A stretch of DNA of 64,000 nt. It comes from Terriglobia bacterium (lineage in GTDB: Bacteria > Acidobacteriota > Terriglobia > Acidiferrales > UBA7541). Positions 48,501 to 61,589 of this stretch are shown piece after piece (the first letter of the stretch is position 1; each line of letters begins with the position of its first letter). The DNA lies in contig OY968796.1 of assembly GCA_963695545.1 (NCBI GenBank), positions 3,008,001 to 3,072,000 of the forward strand, in the 5' to 3' direction. The notes beneath the pieces were generated by a model. It made no database searches and was not told where the DNA came from. It was given only the letters and a program-made list of their open reading frames with translations. The position numbers were made by a program, and so were the translations under genes.

Positions 48501-49469
48501 GTGGAACCTGTGGACTCAAACGACCTCGAACGCCTGGTTCACGCCGTCGCCGACGAAGTGCTCCGCTATCTCGGCGCTACGCCCGGGTCTGGTCTCGCCG
48601 GACTCGAGCTCGACGACGTCATCTGTCCCGATTGCGATCAAAACTGCGTCGAAAAATGCGCGCGCAAGACCCGCCGCGTGGTTGACGCCGGCGCGGCGCG
48701 AATCTCCGCCGGCCCCGCCGTGCACGAAGTGGAAGCTGATATCGCCGCGCTGATCGACCACACGCTTCTCAAGCCCGACGCATCGCGCGATGAAATCACC
48801 AAACTTTGCCGCGAAGCCGCGCGCTTCGGATTCGCTTCCGTGTGCATCAATCCGTGGTATGTCGGACTCGCCGCGGAACTTCTGCGCGATACGCCGGTGA
48901 GAGTGTGCACCGTCGTCGGCTTTCCGCTGGGCGCGACGCTGCCGCAAGTGAAAGTCTACGAGGCCGAAGAGGCCATCAAGGTCGGCGCGCAGGAAATCGA
49001 TATGGTGCAGAACATCGGCGCTCTCAAATCGGGCCAGGACGACGTCGTCGAACGCGACATCGCGGGCGTGGTCTGTGCAGCGCATCGTGGTGGCGCGATC
49101 TGCAAAGTGATTCTGGAAACCGCGCTGCTCACGACGGAAGAAAAAATCCGCGCGTCGCTTGCCGCCAAGCGCGCGTGCGCCGATTTCGTGAAGACCTCCA
49201 CGGGCTTTGGCCCCGCCGGAGCCACGGTCGAAGATGTCGCCTTGATGCGCGCCGTCGTCGGCGAAGGTATGGGCGTGAAGGCCGCGGGCGGCGTGCGCAG
49301 CTTGGACGACGTGCTGAAAATGGTTCATGCCGGGGCCACGCGCATCGGCGCAAGCGCCAGCGTGAAGATCATCGAGCAGGCTGCGGGCGGCGCCGCGTTC
49401 GCACCGTCGTCGTCGGAAAGTTCAACCGCGAAGCCTGCGGCCGCGCCCGCGCCTGCCAGCAAATATTGA
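48501..49469 (+). CDS. deoC: Deoxyribose-phosphate aldolase with N-terminal amphipathic helix and Cys-rich linker
   Basis: IDHTLLKP, VVGFPLGA, FVKTSTGF, VKAAGGVR, RIGAS. Confidence 0.93.
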   Translation: MEPVDSNDLERLVHAVADEVLRYLGATPGSGLAGLELDDVICPDCDQNCVEKCARKTRRVVDAGAARISAGPAVHEVEADIAALIDHTLLKPDASRDEITKLCREAARFGFASVCINPWYVGLAAELLRDTPVRVCTVVGFPLGATLPQVKVYEAEEAIKVGAQEIDMVQNIGALKSGQDDVVERDIAGVVCAAHRGGAICKVILETALLTTEEKIRASLAAKRACADFVKTSTGFGPAGATVEDVALMRAVVGEGMGVKAAGGVRSLDDVLKMVHAGATRIGASASVKIIEQAAGGAAFAPSSSESSTAKPAAAPAPASKY

Positions 49470-49600
49470 ACTCAGCGGCGTTTGCCCCGTCCAGCATCTG
49501 CGTCGCGCTCCCATTGGCTTGATCCGTTCGAACGCATGCACCGGGATTCGCCGGGCTTTTTCCGAAGCCGCGCAACGCCTCCTGATATACTTATAAGAAC

Positions 49601-51352
49601 GTGGATCCGGTCGAAACAAAATTGAGGGCGGAAGTCCCCGCTGAAGTCCTCACGATCCTGGCCGAAATCGGCGAAGAGATTAACTCCTCGCTCGATCTGG
49701 ACCAGGTACTCTCGAAGACTGCCGCGCTGGTGCGTAAGTTCGTCGACTACGAAATCTTCAGCGTGCTGCTGGTCGACGAGACCGCGAACCAGCTTGTGCA
49801 CCGCTTCGCGATCGGCTACAGCCTCGAAGACGCGCAGAAGTGGTCGATCCCGCTGGGACAGGGAATCACGGGCGCCGCGGCGATTGCGCGCAAGCCGATT
49901 CGCGTGGGCGATGTGCACAGCGATCCGCGTTACATCAATTGGATCGATTCGGTGCGTTCGGAGCTGGCGGTGCCCCTGGTGTACGAGGGCAATTCGATTG
50001 GCGTGCTCGATATCCAGAGCTCGCAGCCTGACTATTTCACAGTCGAGCAGCAGAACATTCTCACGCTTCTCGCCAGCCGCCTCGCTGTGGCCATCGAGAA
50101 CGCGCGCTTGTTCGAGCGCGTGCGCAGCCAGGCCGATACGCTGCGCGTGCTGAATGAAATCGGCCGCGAAGCGACTTCCATTCTGGACGTCGAAGAGCTG
50201 CTGCGCCGCGCCGCCGAACTCGCCAAGCGCGTGATCGATTATCAAATTCTGGGAATATTGTTGTTCGATGAAAGCACCGGCACGTTCCGGCAGCGCCTGG
50301 TCGTGAAGTACGGCCAGAGCGCGCAAGGCAAGATGCGCGTGGCGGCCACGGAAGGGATCGTCGGCGCCGCGGCGGCAACCGGCCATCCGGTGCGCGTGCC
50401 CGACGTCACGGCCGACGCGCGTTACGTGATGGTGAATCCCGAAACGCGCTCCGAGCTTGCGATTCCGATGATCCAGCAGGGCCGCGTCGTCGGCGTGCTC
50501 GATCTCGAGAGCCCGCAACTGAACTACTTCACCGAAGACCACGTGCAGACGCTCACGATTCTGGCCGCGAATCTTGCCGTGGCGCTCGAGAATGCGCGCC
50601 TCTACCAGGAGCTGGCGCGTAACGAAACGCGCATGGAGCGCGAACTCGTCGCAGCGCGCCGCATGCAAGGCGCGTTGCTGCGCCCCGTGCCCAAGGAAGA
50701 TTTCGGCTTAGACATTGCGCCGCGCATTCTTTCCGCGAATGAAGTTTGCGGCGACTTGTACGATTTCGTGCGCTATGGCTCGCAGCAATTGGGCGTGGTG
50801 CTCGGCGACGTGAGCGGCAAAGGCAGCGCCGCTGCGCTTTATGGCGCCGTCGCCACCGGCATTCTGCGCAGCCTTTCGCCGCAAAAACTTCAGCCGGCTG
50901 AAATGCTGCGCCAAATGAATCAGCTGATCTGCGAGCGCCGCATCGAAGGCCGCTTCATGACCATGGTCTACGCCACCTGGCAGAAGCCGAAACGCAAAAT
51001 TCGCATCGCCAATGCCGGACAATCGCAGCCGCTGCTCTGCCGCGGCGAGCGCTGCGAGCTTGTGCGCCTGGCCGGTTTCCCGCTGGGTCTCTACGAAGAC
51101 GTCACGTACGATGATTGGAGCACCACGCTCGATCCCGGCGACACGCTTTTATTTTATTCCGACGGACTCACCGAGGCGGCCAGCCCCGATGGTCATCTTT
51201 TCGGCTCGAATCGCCTGCGCGAATTGGTCCTGTCGCATCGCACAGCGCCCGCCGGCGAACTTGCCGACATCATCCTCGCCGCGATTCAGGATTTCACCAG
51301 CGGCGCCGCGCTCACCGACGACCGCACGCTCGTCGTCCTCCGGGTTCGGTGA
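49601..51352 (+). CDS. GAF-GAF-PP2C (SpoIIE/RsbU-type) phosphatase
   Basis: Two RSELA(V/I)P GAF repeats; GDLYD, GDVSGKG, YSDGLTEA, DDRT. Confidence 0.92.
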   Translation: MDPVETKLRAEVPAEVLTILAEIGEEINSSLDLDQVLSKTAALVRKFVDYEIFSVLLVDETANQLVHRFAIGYSLEDAQKWSIPLGQGITGAAAIARKPIRVGDVHSDPRYINWIDSVRSELAVPLVYEGNSIGVLDIQSSQPDYFTVEQQNILTLLASRLAVAIENARLFERVRSQADTLRVLNEIGREATSILDVEELLRRAAELAKRVIDYQILGILLFDESTGTFRQRLVVKYGQSAQGKMRVAATEGIVGAAAATGHPVRVPDVTADARYVMVNPETRSELAIPMIQQGRVVGVLDLESPQLNYFTEDHVQTLTILAANLAVALENARLYQELARNETRMERELVAARRMQGALLRPVPKEDFGLDIAPRILSANEVCGDLYDFVRYGSQQLGVVLGDVSGKGSAAALYGAVATGILRSLSPQKLQPAEMLRQMNQLICERRIEGRFMTMVYATWQKPKRKIRIANAGQSQPLLCRGERCELVRLAGFPLGLYEDVTYDDWSTTLDPGDTLLFYSDGLTEAASPDGHLFGSNRLRELVLSHRTAPAGELADIILAAIQDFTSGAALTDDRTLVVLRVR

Positions 51353-52677
51353 GCGCCGTGAACCCGCCTGCCCCGCGCCGCACTCGTGCGTCTCGCGCCG
51401 CCGATCCTGTCGTCTATACTCCATTTTTTTCGCGCCGGCGCGGCGCGCTTTACTGCGAGAGCGTCCCGCTCGAGTTCATCGCGTCGCGCGTCGGCACACC
51501 GGCGTACGTCTACAGCCGCGCCGCGATCGAGCGCGCCTATCGCTCGCTCGATAACGCGCTCGACCGCGCGCCGGGCGCCGTGCCGCACTCGATCTGCTAC
51601 GCCGTGAAGGCGAATTCTAATCTCGGCGTGTTGCGCGTGCTCGCGCGCCTCGGCAGCAGCTTTGATGTGGTCTCCGGCGGCGAAATCTTCCGCCTGCGCC
51701 GCATCGGCGTTCCCGGCGATCGCATTGTTTTTTCGGGCGTCGGCAAAACGCGCGAAGAAATTCGCGAAGCGCTTCGCGAGCGCATCCTGCTCTTCAACGT
51801 CGAATCCGCCGGCGAACTCGAACTGCTCGCGTCCGAAGCCTCGCGCCTGAAACTCCGCGCGCCCGCTTCGATTCGCGTGAATCCCGACGTCGCCGCCGGC
51901 GCGCATCCGAAAATTTCCACCGGCCGCCATCAACACAAATTCGGTCTCGATTGGCCCGAAGCTCTGCGCCTCTATCGCGCCTATCGCGATTCGCGCGCCG
52001 TCGCGTGGCGAGGGATCAGCGCGCACATCGGCTCGCAAATTCTGCGCGTCGATCCCTATATCCGGGCGCTGGGACGTATGGCGAGTTGGGCCAAGCGGCT
52101 CCGCGCCGAGGGCATCGCGCTGCGCTACTTCGACGCCGGCGGCGGCCTCGGCATTCGCTACGCCGATGAGCGTCCGTTTTCCGCCGCGCAATATGCTCGC
52201 GCTGTCACTCGCGCCGTTGCGCCGACCGGTTGCCATCTGCTCATCGAGCCCGGGCGCTACATCGTCGGGCCCGCGGGCGTCCTCCTGATGCGCGTGCTCT
52301 ACACGAAGGGCGCGCCCGGAGCGAAACATTTCGTGGTGGTCGACGCCGCCATGAACGATTTCATGCGCCCCGCGCTCTACGGCGCCACGCATCCGATCAC
52401 ACCTGTTGTCGCGCGCAGCGGAAGCCGCGCGCGACGCATCCGCGCCGACGTCGTCGGCCCCGTCTGCGAAACCGGTGATTGTTTTTTGGAAAATTGGCCC
52501 ATCGAAGAATCGCGCCCCGGTGATCTTCTGGTTTTGTGGGGAGCCGGCGCCTACGGCTTCGTCGAATCCTCGAACTACAACGCCCGCCAACGTCCCGCTG
52601 AAGTGCTGGTGGAAGGCTCGCGCTTCCGCGTAGTCCGCAAACGCGAATCCCGCGCCGACCTCATTCGTGGAGAGTAG
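51349..52677 (+). CDS. lysA: Diaminopimelate decarboxylase
   Basis: YAVKANSN, HIGSQI, EPGRYIV, GPVCETGD, SNYN. Confidence 0.95.
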   Translation: MSAVNPPAPRRTRASRAADPVVYTPFFSRRRGALYCESVPLEFIASRVGTPAYVYSRAAIERAYRSLDNALDRAPGAVPHSICYAVKANSNLGVLRVLARLGSSFDVVSGGEIFRLRRIGVPGDRIVFSGVGKTREEIREALRERILLFNVESAGELELLASEASRLKLRAPASIRVNPDVAAGAHPKISTGRHQHKFGLDWPEALRLYRAYRDSRAVAWRGISAHIGSQILRVDPYIRALGRMASWAKRLRAEGIALRYFDAGGGLGIRYADERPFSAAQYARAVTRAVAPTGCHLLIEPGRYIVGPAGVLLMRVLYTKGAPGAKHFVVVDAAMNDFMRPALYGATHPITPVVARSGSRARRIRADVVGPVCETGDCFLENWPIEESRPGDLLVLWGAGAYGFVESSNYNARQRPAEVLVEGSRFRVVRKRESRADLIRGE

Positions 52678-52707
52678 CCCGCCGGCGTCGCCGCTAAAGG
52701 CCCGCGT

Positions 52708-55527
52708 TTACTCGTACCGCAGCGCCACCATCGGATCGACGCGCGTCGCTCGGCGCGCCGGGATGTAGCACGCCAAGAGGGCGACAAGCAGCAGAATCGC
52801 CGCGACGACCATGAGCGTAGCCGGATCGCCCGGATGAACATCGTACAGAATGCTCCCCAGATAGCGCGTCACGCCAAACGCCGCGGCGATGCCGACAACA
52901 ACGCCCGTGACGGTCAGCACGAGCCCTTCCTTCACGACCATGCTGAGAACATCGCGCTGTCCCGCGCCCAGCGCCATGCGAATGCCGATCTCCCGCGTGC
53001 GGCGAGTCACTTCGTACGAAAGCAATCCGTAAAGCCCCACGCAAGCAAGCATCAGCGCCAGTATTCCGAAAAAGCTCGAAAGACGCGCGATCAGCCGCTC
53101 CTGAAACAGCAATTGGTCGACGCTTTGGGATTCCGTAATGATGCCGAATATCGGCAGGCTACGGTCCGCTTGATTGACGACGCTTTGAACTGCCGGGATG
53201 ATTGACGTTGGATCAACCGCCGTGCGCATCTCAAAAGAAGCACCGCCGCCTGTGGCCGGGACGTACGCTGTGGGACTGATCTCGCGTCTCAGGCTGTCGT
53301 ATTTCGCGTCGCGAACCACGCCGATGACCACATAGCCGGGGCCGTTATCGTTCTGCCCACCGCCGGCAGAATTTCCGAAGCGCTGTCCGAGAGGATCCAC
53401 TCCGCCCAAGTAACGCCGCGCAAATGTTTGATTCACGATCGCGGCCGTGGGCGCGGACGGCGCTGCCGAAGTGGAACCAGCGGCCGGGCTGGGCGGCGCT
53501 GCCAACGCCGCAGCCGAAGCGGCCGCGGCAGCCGACGCCAAAACAAAATCCGCCTGCGAAAAATCTCGGCCGCTGAGAAGTGAGAACTTCATTGTCGCGA
53601 AGAAATTCGGGCCCACAGGGAGGATATCCGAACTCACGCTAGACTTTTCAGGTGCGCTCGCAATATGAAAGCTAGTGGCCATCAATCCGCCGCTCAAGAG
53701 AGTCCCACTGGAATAGCTAACGGACGTCACTCCGGGAATCGAGCCCAAACGGCCTTGGAGATTGCGATAAAGTGCGTCCACCTGCGTGCCTTTGTATCCG
53801 ACGAGCGTGGGGTCGATGCTGAAGTTCAGCACGTTGCTGATATCGAAGCCTGGGTCAATGTCTCGCAGGTTCTGAAGCGTGCGCACCAGCAGCCCGGCGC
53901 CGACCAGTACGATCATCGCCAAGGCAATCTGTCCCACGACCAGAGAATTGCCGATATTGAACCGGCGGTTTCTGGCGCGGCGCGCGCCGCCCAAGCTGTT
54001 GCCGCCATCTTTCAACGCGGGCGTCAAATCCACGCGAGTGCCTCGCATCGCCGGCGCGAGCCCGAAAACAATTCCCGTGGCAAGCGCGATCCCCGCCGTG
54101 AATAGCAGCACGCGCGTGTCAACGGACGCGTTGAATCCGAGCGGCCGGGTCGAGCCGCCGGCGAGCAACGCAAGAATGATGCGCGCACCCCAAATCGCGA
54201 CCAGAGTTCCGAGCGCGCCTCCGAATACCGACAGCAATACGCTTTCGGTCAGGAGCTGCCGCACGATTCTCCCTCGACCCGCTCCTAGCGCCAGTCTCAC
54301 AGCCATTTCCTTTTGCCGCGTTGCCGATCTGGCAACCAGCAGCCCGGCAACGTTCGCGCATGCGATCAGCAGTACGATTCCGACTGCGAACATTAGCGTG
54401 AAGAGCGCTACTGAATATTGGGCCCTCGCGCCGCCGTTGAGGCCGGTTTGTGCCGGAACAAGCGACACCGCGGGCGCGTCGGCTTCTTCGGACAAAGGCT
54501 GCGCGCCGCGAATCATCTCGTTGTGAAACAGCAAGCTGACAGCGGCTTGGGCTTCTCCGCGTGGAACTCCAGGTTTCAGCCGGCCAATAATCAGAAGGTA
54601 GATGGACGCTGCGCCTTCCGCCTTTGCATTCCAGCGAGTGCTGAGCCGCGGCCGTAACGAAAGCGGCAGCCACGCGTCCGGGTCGCTCCCCGGTGTCAGA
54701 GCCGCGAATCTGCGTTCCGCCACTCCCACAATCGTCGTCGGAACGCCGTTCAACCCAACAGTCTTTCCCACAACCGCAAACGAGCCGCCAAACACTCGCT
54801 GCCAGTACCCATAGCCGAGCACCGCGACGGGCGTAGCCGCCGGATCCTCGTCCGAAGGCTCAATCATCCGCCCGATTGCCGGGCGCACTCCGAGCGTATC
54901 GAAGTAATTCCCGGAGACGATTAGTGCGCGCATTATGCTTGCCGGCCCGATTCCGCTCAAATCGAGCTGCAGGTTGCCGCCGGACGCCGCGACGTTCAAG
55001 AATATTCCGGACTGCGCGCGTACCTCATCGAAGAACGGATGAGAGAACGAGCAAACCGCCGGATTTCCGACGTAATCATCCCTCATCGCGATCAGGCAAT
55101 CGCCCGACGAACCGCTGCTGTAAAATTTTGGCGATTTATGCGCGCTCCATTTCAGCAGCACCAACTCCTGCGGATCGCGCACCGGCAGCGACCGCAGAAA
55201 CAAAGCGTCAATCAAACTGAATATCGCAGTATTCGCGCCGATCCCCAGCGCCAGCGTCAGCACCGCAACCGCCGTGAATCCCGGGTTCCGCCGCATCATG
55301 CGCAGCCCGTAGCGCACGTCCTGCCAAAGCCGCTCGAGCCATGTCCAGCCCCACACATCGCGCGTAGTTTCCTTCACCAGCGAGACGTTGCCAAATTCCC
55401 GCCGCGCCGCCGCTCGCGCCTCGTCCGCCGTCGCGCCGCGCTCCTCGCGCTCCAGCGCCGACATCTCAATATGCGCGCGAATCTCCTCGTCTAGTTCTTC
55501 GTCGCGCTTTGCCCACGGCCACTTCAT
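52708..55527 (-). CDS. Duplicated MacB/FtsX-type ABC permease (ADOP family)
   Basis: LALGIGANTAIFS, LLIACANVA, RTREIGIRMALGA, VDPMVALRYE. Confidence 0.92.
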   Translation of the reverse strand: MKWPWAKRDEELDEEIRAHIEMSALEREERGATADEARAAARREFGNVSLVKETTRDVWGWTWLERLWQDVRYGLRMMRRNPGFTAVAVLTLALGIGANTAIFSLIDALFLRSLPVRDPQELVLLKWSAHKSPKFYSSGSSGDCLIAMRDDYVGNPAVCSFSHPFFDEVRAQSGIFLNVAASGGNLQLDLSGIGPASIMRALIVSGNYFDTLGVRPAIGRMIEPSDEDPAATPVAVLGYGYWQRVFGGSFAVVGKTVGLNGVPTTIVGVAERRFAALTPGSDPDAWLPLSLRPRLSTRWNAKAEGAASIYLLIIGRLKPGVPRGEAQAAVSLLFHNEMIRGAQPLSEEADAPAVSLVPAQTGLNGGARAQYSVALFTLMFAVGIVLLIACANVAGLLVARSATRQKEMAVRLALGAGRGRIVRQLLTESVLLSVFGGALGTLVAIWGARIILALLAGGSTRPLGFNASVDTRVLLFTAGIALATGIVFGLAPAMRGTRVDLTPALKDGGNSLGGARRARNRRFNIGNSLVVGQIALAMIVLVGAGLLVRTLQNLRDIDPGFDISNVLNFSIDPTLVGYKGTQVDALYRNLQGRLGSIPGVTSVSYSSGTLLSGGLMATSFHIASAPEKSSVSSDILPVGPNFFATMKFSLLSGRDFSQADFVLASAAAAASAAALAAPPSPAAGSTSAAPSAPTAAIVNQTFARRYLGGVDPLGQRFGNSAGGGQNDNGPGYVVIGVVRDAKYDSLRREISPTAYVPATGGGASFEMRTAVDPTSIIPAVQSVVNQADRSLPIFGIITESQSVDQLLFQERLIARLSSFFGILALMLACVGLYGLLSYEVTRRTREIGIRMALGAGQRDVLSMVVKEGLVLTVTGVVVGIAAAFGVTRYLGSILYDVHPGDPATLMVVAAILLLVALLACYIPARRATRVDPMVALRYE

Positions 55528-55540
55528 GTCTCGATCCCCT

Positions 55541-58225
55541 CTACTCGTATCGCAGCGCCACCATCGGATCCACGCGCGTCGCACGCCGCGCCGGAATCCA
55601 GCAAGCCGCGAGCGCCACGCTGGTCAGCAGAATCGCGACGGCAACGAGCGTGATCGGATCCGCCGCGCTCACTCCAAACAGCATCGATTTCATGGTTCGC
55701 GTGAGCGCGAGCGCGCCCGCGAGCCCGGCGATCACGCCCACCAGCGTGATGAACAGTCCTTGCGCGAGCACCATCTTCAGCACCGCGGATCGCTGCGCGC
55801 CCAGCGCCATGCGCACTCCAATTTCGCGCGTGCGCCGGGTCACGGAATACGCCATCACTCCGTAGATCCCGGCCATCGCCAGCAGCAGTGCCGTCACCGC
55901 GAACACGCCCGCGAGCGTCAGGCTGAATCGCCGCGATCCGATGGCATCGGAAAAGATCGAAGAGAACGCGCGGAACTGCGGCGCCATTGTGGGATCGAGG
56001 TCCCGCACGATCCCGCGCGCGGCCGCCATTACCGCGTCCGGATTCGCCGTCGTGCGAATCACTACCGTGAAATTGGAAGTCGATTCCGGCCGCTGCCGGT
56101 AGTTGACGTAGATCGTGGGAGTCGGCGGCACCTCGAGCGAGCGCTCGCGTACGTCTCCAACCACGCCGACGACAGTGAGCGGCCGCAAGTCACCGTCCAT
56201 GTTGCCGAACTCGATCAAATGCCCGATTGCGTCCTGGTGCGGCCACTCCATGCGCGCGAGCGATTCGCTCACCACCGCGACATGCGGCGCATCCATCACG
56301 TCGCGATCGTCGAACAGCCGGCCGCGCTCGAGCGGAATCCCCAGCGCGCCGAAGTAACCTTCGCTCGCCGCGCAATAGTCCGCGCTGCCCGAAATCGTCG
56401 CGGCCTTCGTGTACTCCGCCATTTGCGCCATGAATTTCGCATAGGCCTGCGGCGTGTCCCCCAACACTCCCGCGAAGGCCGGAAGGTGTTGCGGATCCAA
56501 CACCATAAACATGCCCTCCGAGAGCTCCCGGTCAAGAGGAACGCTTTCCGCCCCGCCCACTTCCTCCACGCCGGGCATCGCGCGTAACCGCCCGAACAAC
56601 GCATTCAGCAGGGCCACTTGCTGCGGCCTGCCCGCGATCGTTTCCGCGGATGGCGCGCTCAAGTCCATGGTCACGATCTGCTCGGTACGAAAGCCGGGAT
56701 CGATGGACAGCACGTGCAGCAGGCTCCGCCCCAGCAGTCCCGCGCCGACCAGCAGCACAAGCGTGATCGCGATCTCCGCGCCCACAATCGTGTGGCCCAG
56801 CTTCTGGCTTCGCGTTCCGCCCGCTTGCGTTCGCCCGCCTTCGCCAAGCGCGCTTTTCGGATCGCCAGCCGTGGCTCGAATCGCGGTGAACATTCCGAGG
56901 CTTACCGTGGCAACGATCGTTAGTCCGAATGCGAACAGTAGCACCGGCAAATTGATGGAAACCGAATCCAGGCGCGGCAGATTCTTCGGCGCCAGCGCCA
57001 GCAGGGCATCGACGCCCCAGTACGCGATCATCACGCCCAGGGTTCCGCCCACCACGGAAATCAATAGCGTTTCCGTAAGAAATTGGCGCACCAGCCGCCC
57101 GCGGCCCGCGCCCAGCGCCGCGCGAATCGCCAGTTCGTGTTCGCGCTCGGCCGTCCGCAGCAGGAATAAATTCGCGACGTTCGCGCACGCCACCAGCAGC
57201 AAAAATCCAGCCGCGCCCATCAGCATCAGCAGCGCCGGGCGCACTCCGCCCGCAAGCGAATCCTGCAGCGAAGCCACGGCAACGCCGCGCATGTTGTACT
57301 CGCCCGTGCCGTACTGCGCGACGATTCGGCTCGCGATTGCGCCAAGGTCCGCGCTTGCCTGCGCCAGCGTCGCGTCGTCTCGCAATCGCCCAACCACTTT
57401 AGGGCCATGCGACGTTCTGGACGTTGACGGTGCATCCAGTTCCCGCGGTAGCCATATCTCGGTGTCGTCTGGAAATCGGAATCCCGGCGGCAACACTCCA
57501 ACGACCGTGAACGTCCGGTTCACCGCATTCAATTGGATCGAAGAAGGATCCGCCACGCCGCCGAGGTGCTCGCGCCAGTAGCCGTAACTCACCAGCGCCA
57601 CAGGCGCCGCGCCCGGCCGCTCGTCCTCGGCGCGAAATTCCCGGCCGACCACGGGTTCGACTCCCATCGCGCGGAAAAAGTCGCGGGAAACCGCGGTGAT
57701 CACGCTTCGCGTCGGATCGGTCCCGCCCGTCACGGACGTGATGTCGGTTCCATATTCCGCCAGCGCTGCGAACGTGTGATTGCTCGATTGCACGTCCGCG
57801 AAGTCCGGGTCGCTGAAGCCCATCCTGCCGCCTCTCTGGTTGATCTCAGAGACGGCCATGATCCGGTCGGGACGAAAGTAGGGAAGCGGCCGCAGCAAAA
57901 CGCCGTAGACCACGCTGAACAGCGCTGTCGTCGCGCCGATGCCCAGCGCCAGCGTAATCACCGCAACGATCGTGAACCCCGGACCGCGCCGCATCATGCG
58001 CAGCCCGTAACGCACGTCCTGCCAAATCCGTTCAAGCCACGCCCAGCCCCACACATCGCGCGTCGTCTCTTTCACGAGGCCGACATTCCCAAATTCCCGC
58101 TGCGCCGCCGCCCGCGCCTCATCCGCCGTCGCGCCGCGCTCCTCACGCTCTCGCGCCGACAACTCGATATGCGCGCGAATCTCCTCGTCCAATTCTTCAT
58201 CGCGCCTTCGCCACGGCCACTTCAT
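55541..58225 (-). CDS. Duplicated MacB/FtsX-type ABC permease (ADOP family)
   Basis: Same signature motifs as 52708-55527. Confidence 0.92.
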   Translation of the reverse strand: MKWPWRRRDEELDEEIRAHIELSAREREERGATADEARAAAQREFGNVGLVKETTRDVWGWAWLERIWQDVRYGLRMMRRGPGFTIVAVITLALGIGATTALFSVVYGVLLRPLPYFRPDRIMAVSEINQRGGRMGFSDPDFADVQSSNHTFAALAEYGTDITSVTGGTDPTRSVITAVSRDFFRAMGVEPVVGREFRAEDERPGAAPVALVSYGYWREHLGGVADPSSIQLNAVNRTFTVVGVLPPGFRFPDDTEIWLPRELDAPSTSRTSHGPKVVGRLRDDATLAQASADLGAIASRIVAQYGTGEYNMRGVAVASLQDSLAGGVRPALLMLMGAAGFLLLVACANVANLFLLRTAEREHELAIRAALGAGRGRLVRQFLTETLLISVVGGTLGVMIAYWGVDALLALAPKNLPRLDSVSINLPVLLFAFGLTIVATVSLGMFTAIRATAGDPKSALGEGGRTQAGGTRSQKLGHTIVGAEIAITLVLLVGAGLLGRSLLHVLSIDPGFRTEQIVTMDLSAPSAETIAGRPQQVALLNALFGRLRAMPGVEEVGGAESVPLDRELSEGMFMVLDPQHLPAFAGVLGDTPQAYAKFMAQMAEYTKAATISGSADYCAASEGYFGALGIPLERGRLFDDRDVMDAPHVAVVSESLARMEWPHQDAIGHLIEFGNMDGDLRPLTVVGVVGDVRERSLEVPPTPTIYVNYRQRPESTSNFTVVIRTTANPDAVMAAARGIVRDLDPTMAPQFRAFSSIFSDAIGSRRFSLTLAGVFAVTALLLAMAGIYGVMAYSVTRRTREIGVRMALGAQRSAVLKMVLAQGLFITLVGVIAGLAGALALTRTMKSMLFGVSAADPITLVAVAILLTSVALAACWIPARRATRVDPMVALRYE

Positions 58226-58247
58226 GTCTGTAACTCCTCGCTGTTCG

Positions 58248-61042
<2,795 letters not shown>

Positions 61043-61046
<4 letters not shown>

Positions 61047-61399
61047 TCGTATTCCTTCTTGGCCGTGTTCAGAATCCCCGCGATCGCGCCGGTAAGCTGT
61101 TTCCAGCGCGAACGCTCATCAGCCAGTTGCTTTCTGCCGCTCGCCGTCAGCCGATAGACGCGTACGCGCTGATTATTCTCCGAAGTCTGCCAGTCCGCCG
61201 CGATCCACTTCTTCCGCTCCAACCGATGCAGCGCCGGATACAGCGATCCGGTATCCACCTGCAAAATGTCGCCCGACTGCGATTGAATCGCGCGCCCGAT
61301 TCCGTACCCGTGCTGCGGACCCCATCGCAACGTTTGCAGCACAAGAAGATCGAGCGTCCCCTGCAACAACTCAATCCGATTCTGATAGCGCTCTTTCAC
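61043..61399 (-). CDS. PadR family regulator (acidobacterial type)
   Basis: LLQGTLDLLVL..GPQHGYGI..GSLYPALHRLE..YRLTASGRKQL; GGAG before GTG 61399. Confidence 0.92.
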
Positions 61400-61431
61400 G
61401 TGATCTCCATTCGCCCCAGGATGTAGGGACC

Positions 61432-61458
61432 CTACACCCCGTGGATGTAGAGTGTCAA
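61432..61458 (-). promoter_or_regulatory. padR promoter -35 (TTGACA) with adjacent palindromic operator
   Basis: Minus strand reads TTGACA-CT-CTACATCC-acg-GGGTGTAG. Confidence 0.55.
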
Positions 61459-61589
61459 CCCCTATGCGGGGAAACCGGGAGGGTTTTTCAGTTGTAGGGG
61501 CGGAGCTTGCCTGCCGGCAGGCAGGCTTGCCTCCGCCCGCTTTTCCGAGCGCCGGCGCCGCGCCATCAGTTCCCGTCCTCGCTCGGTAC

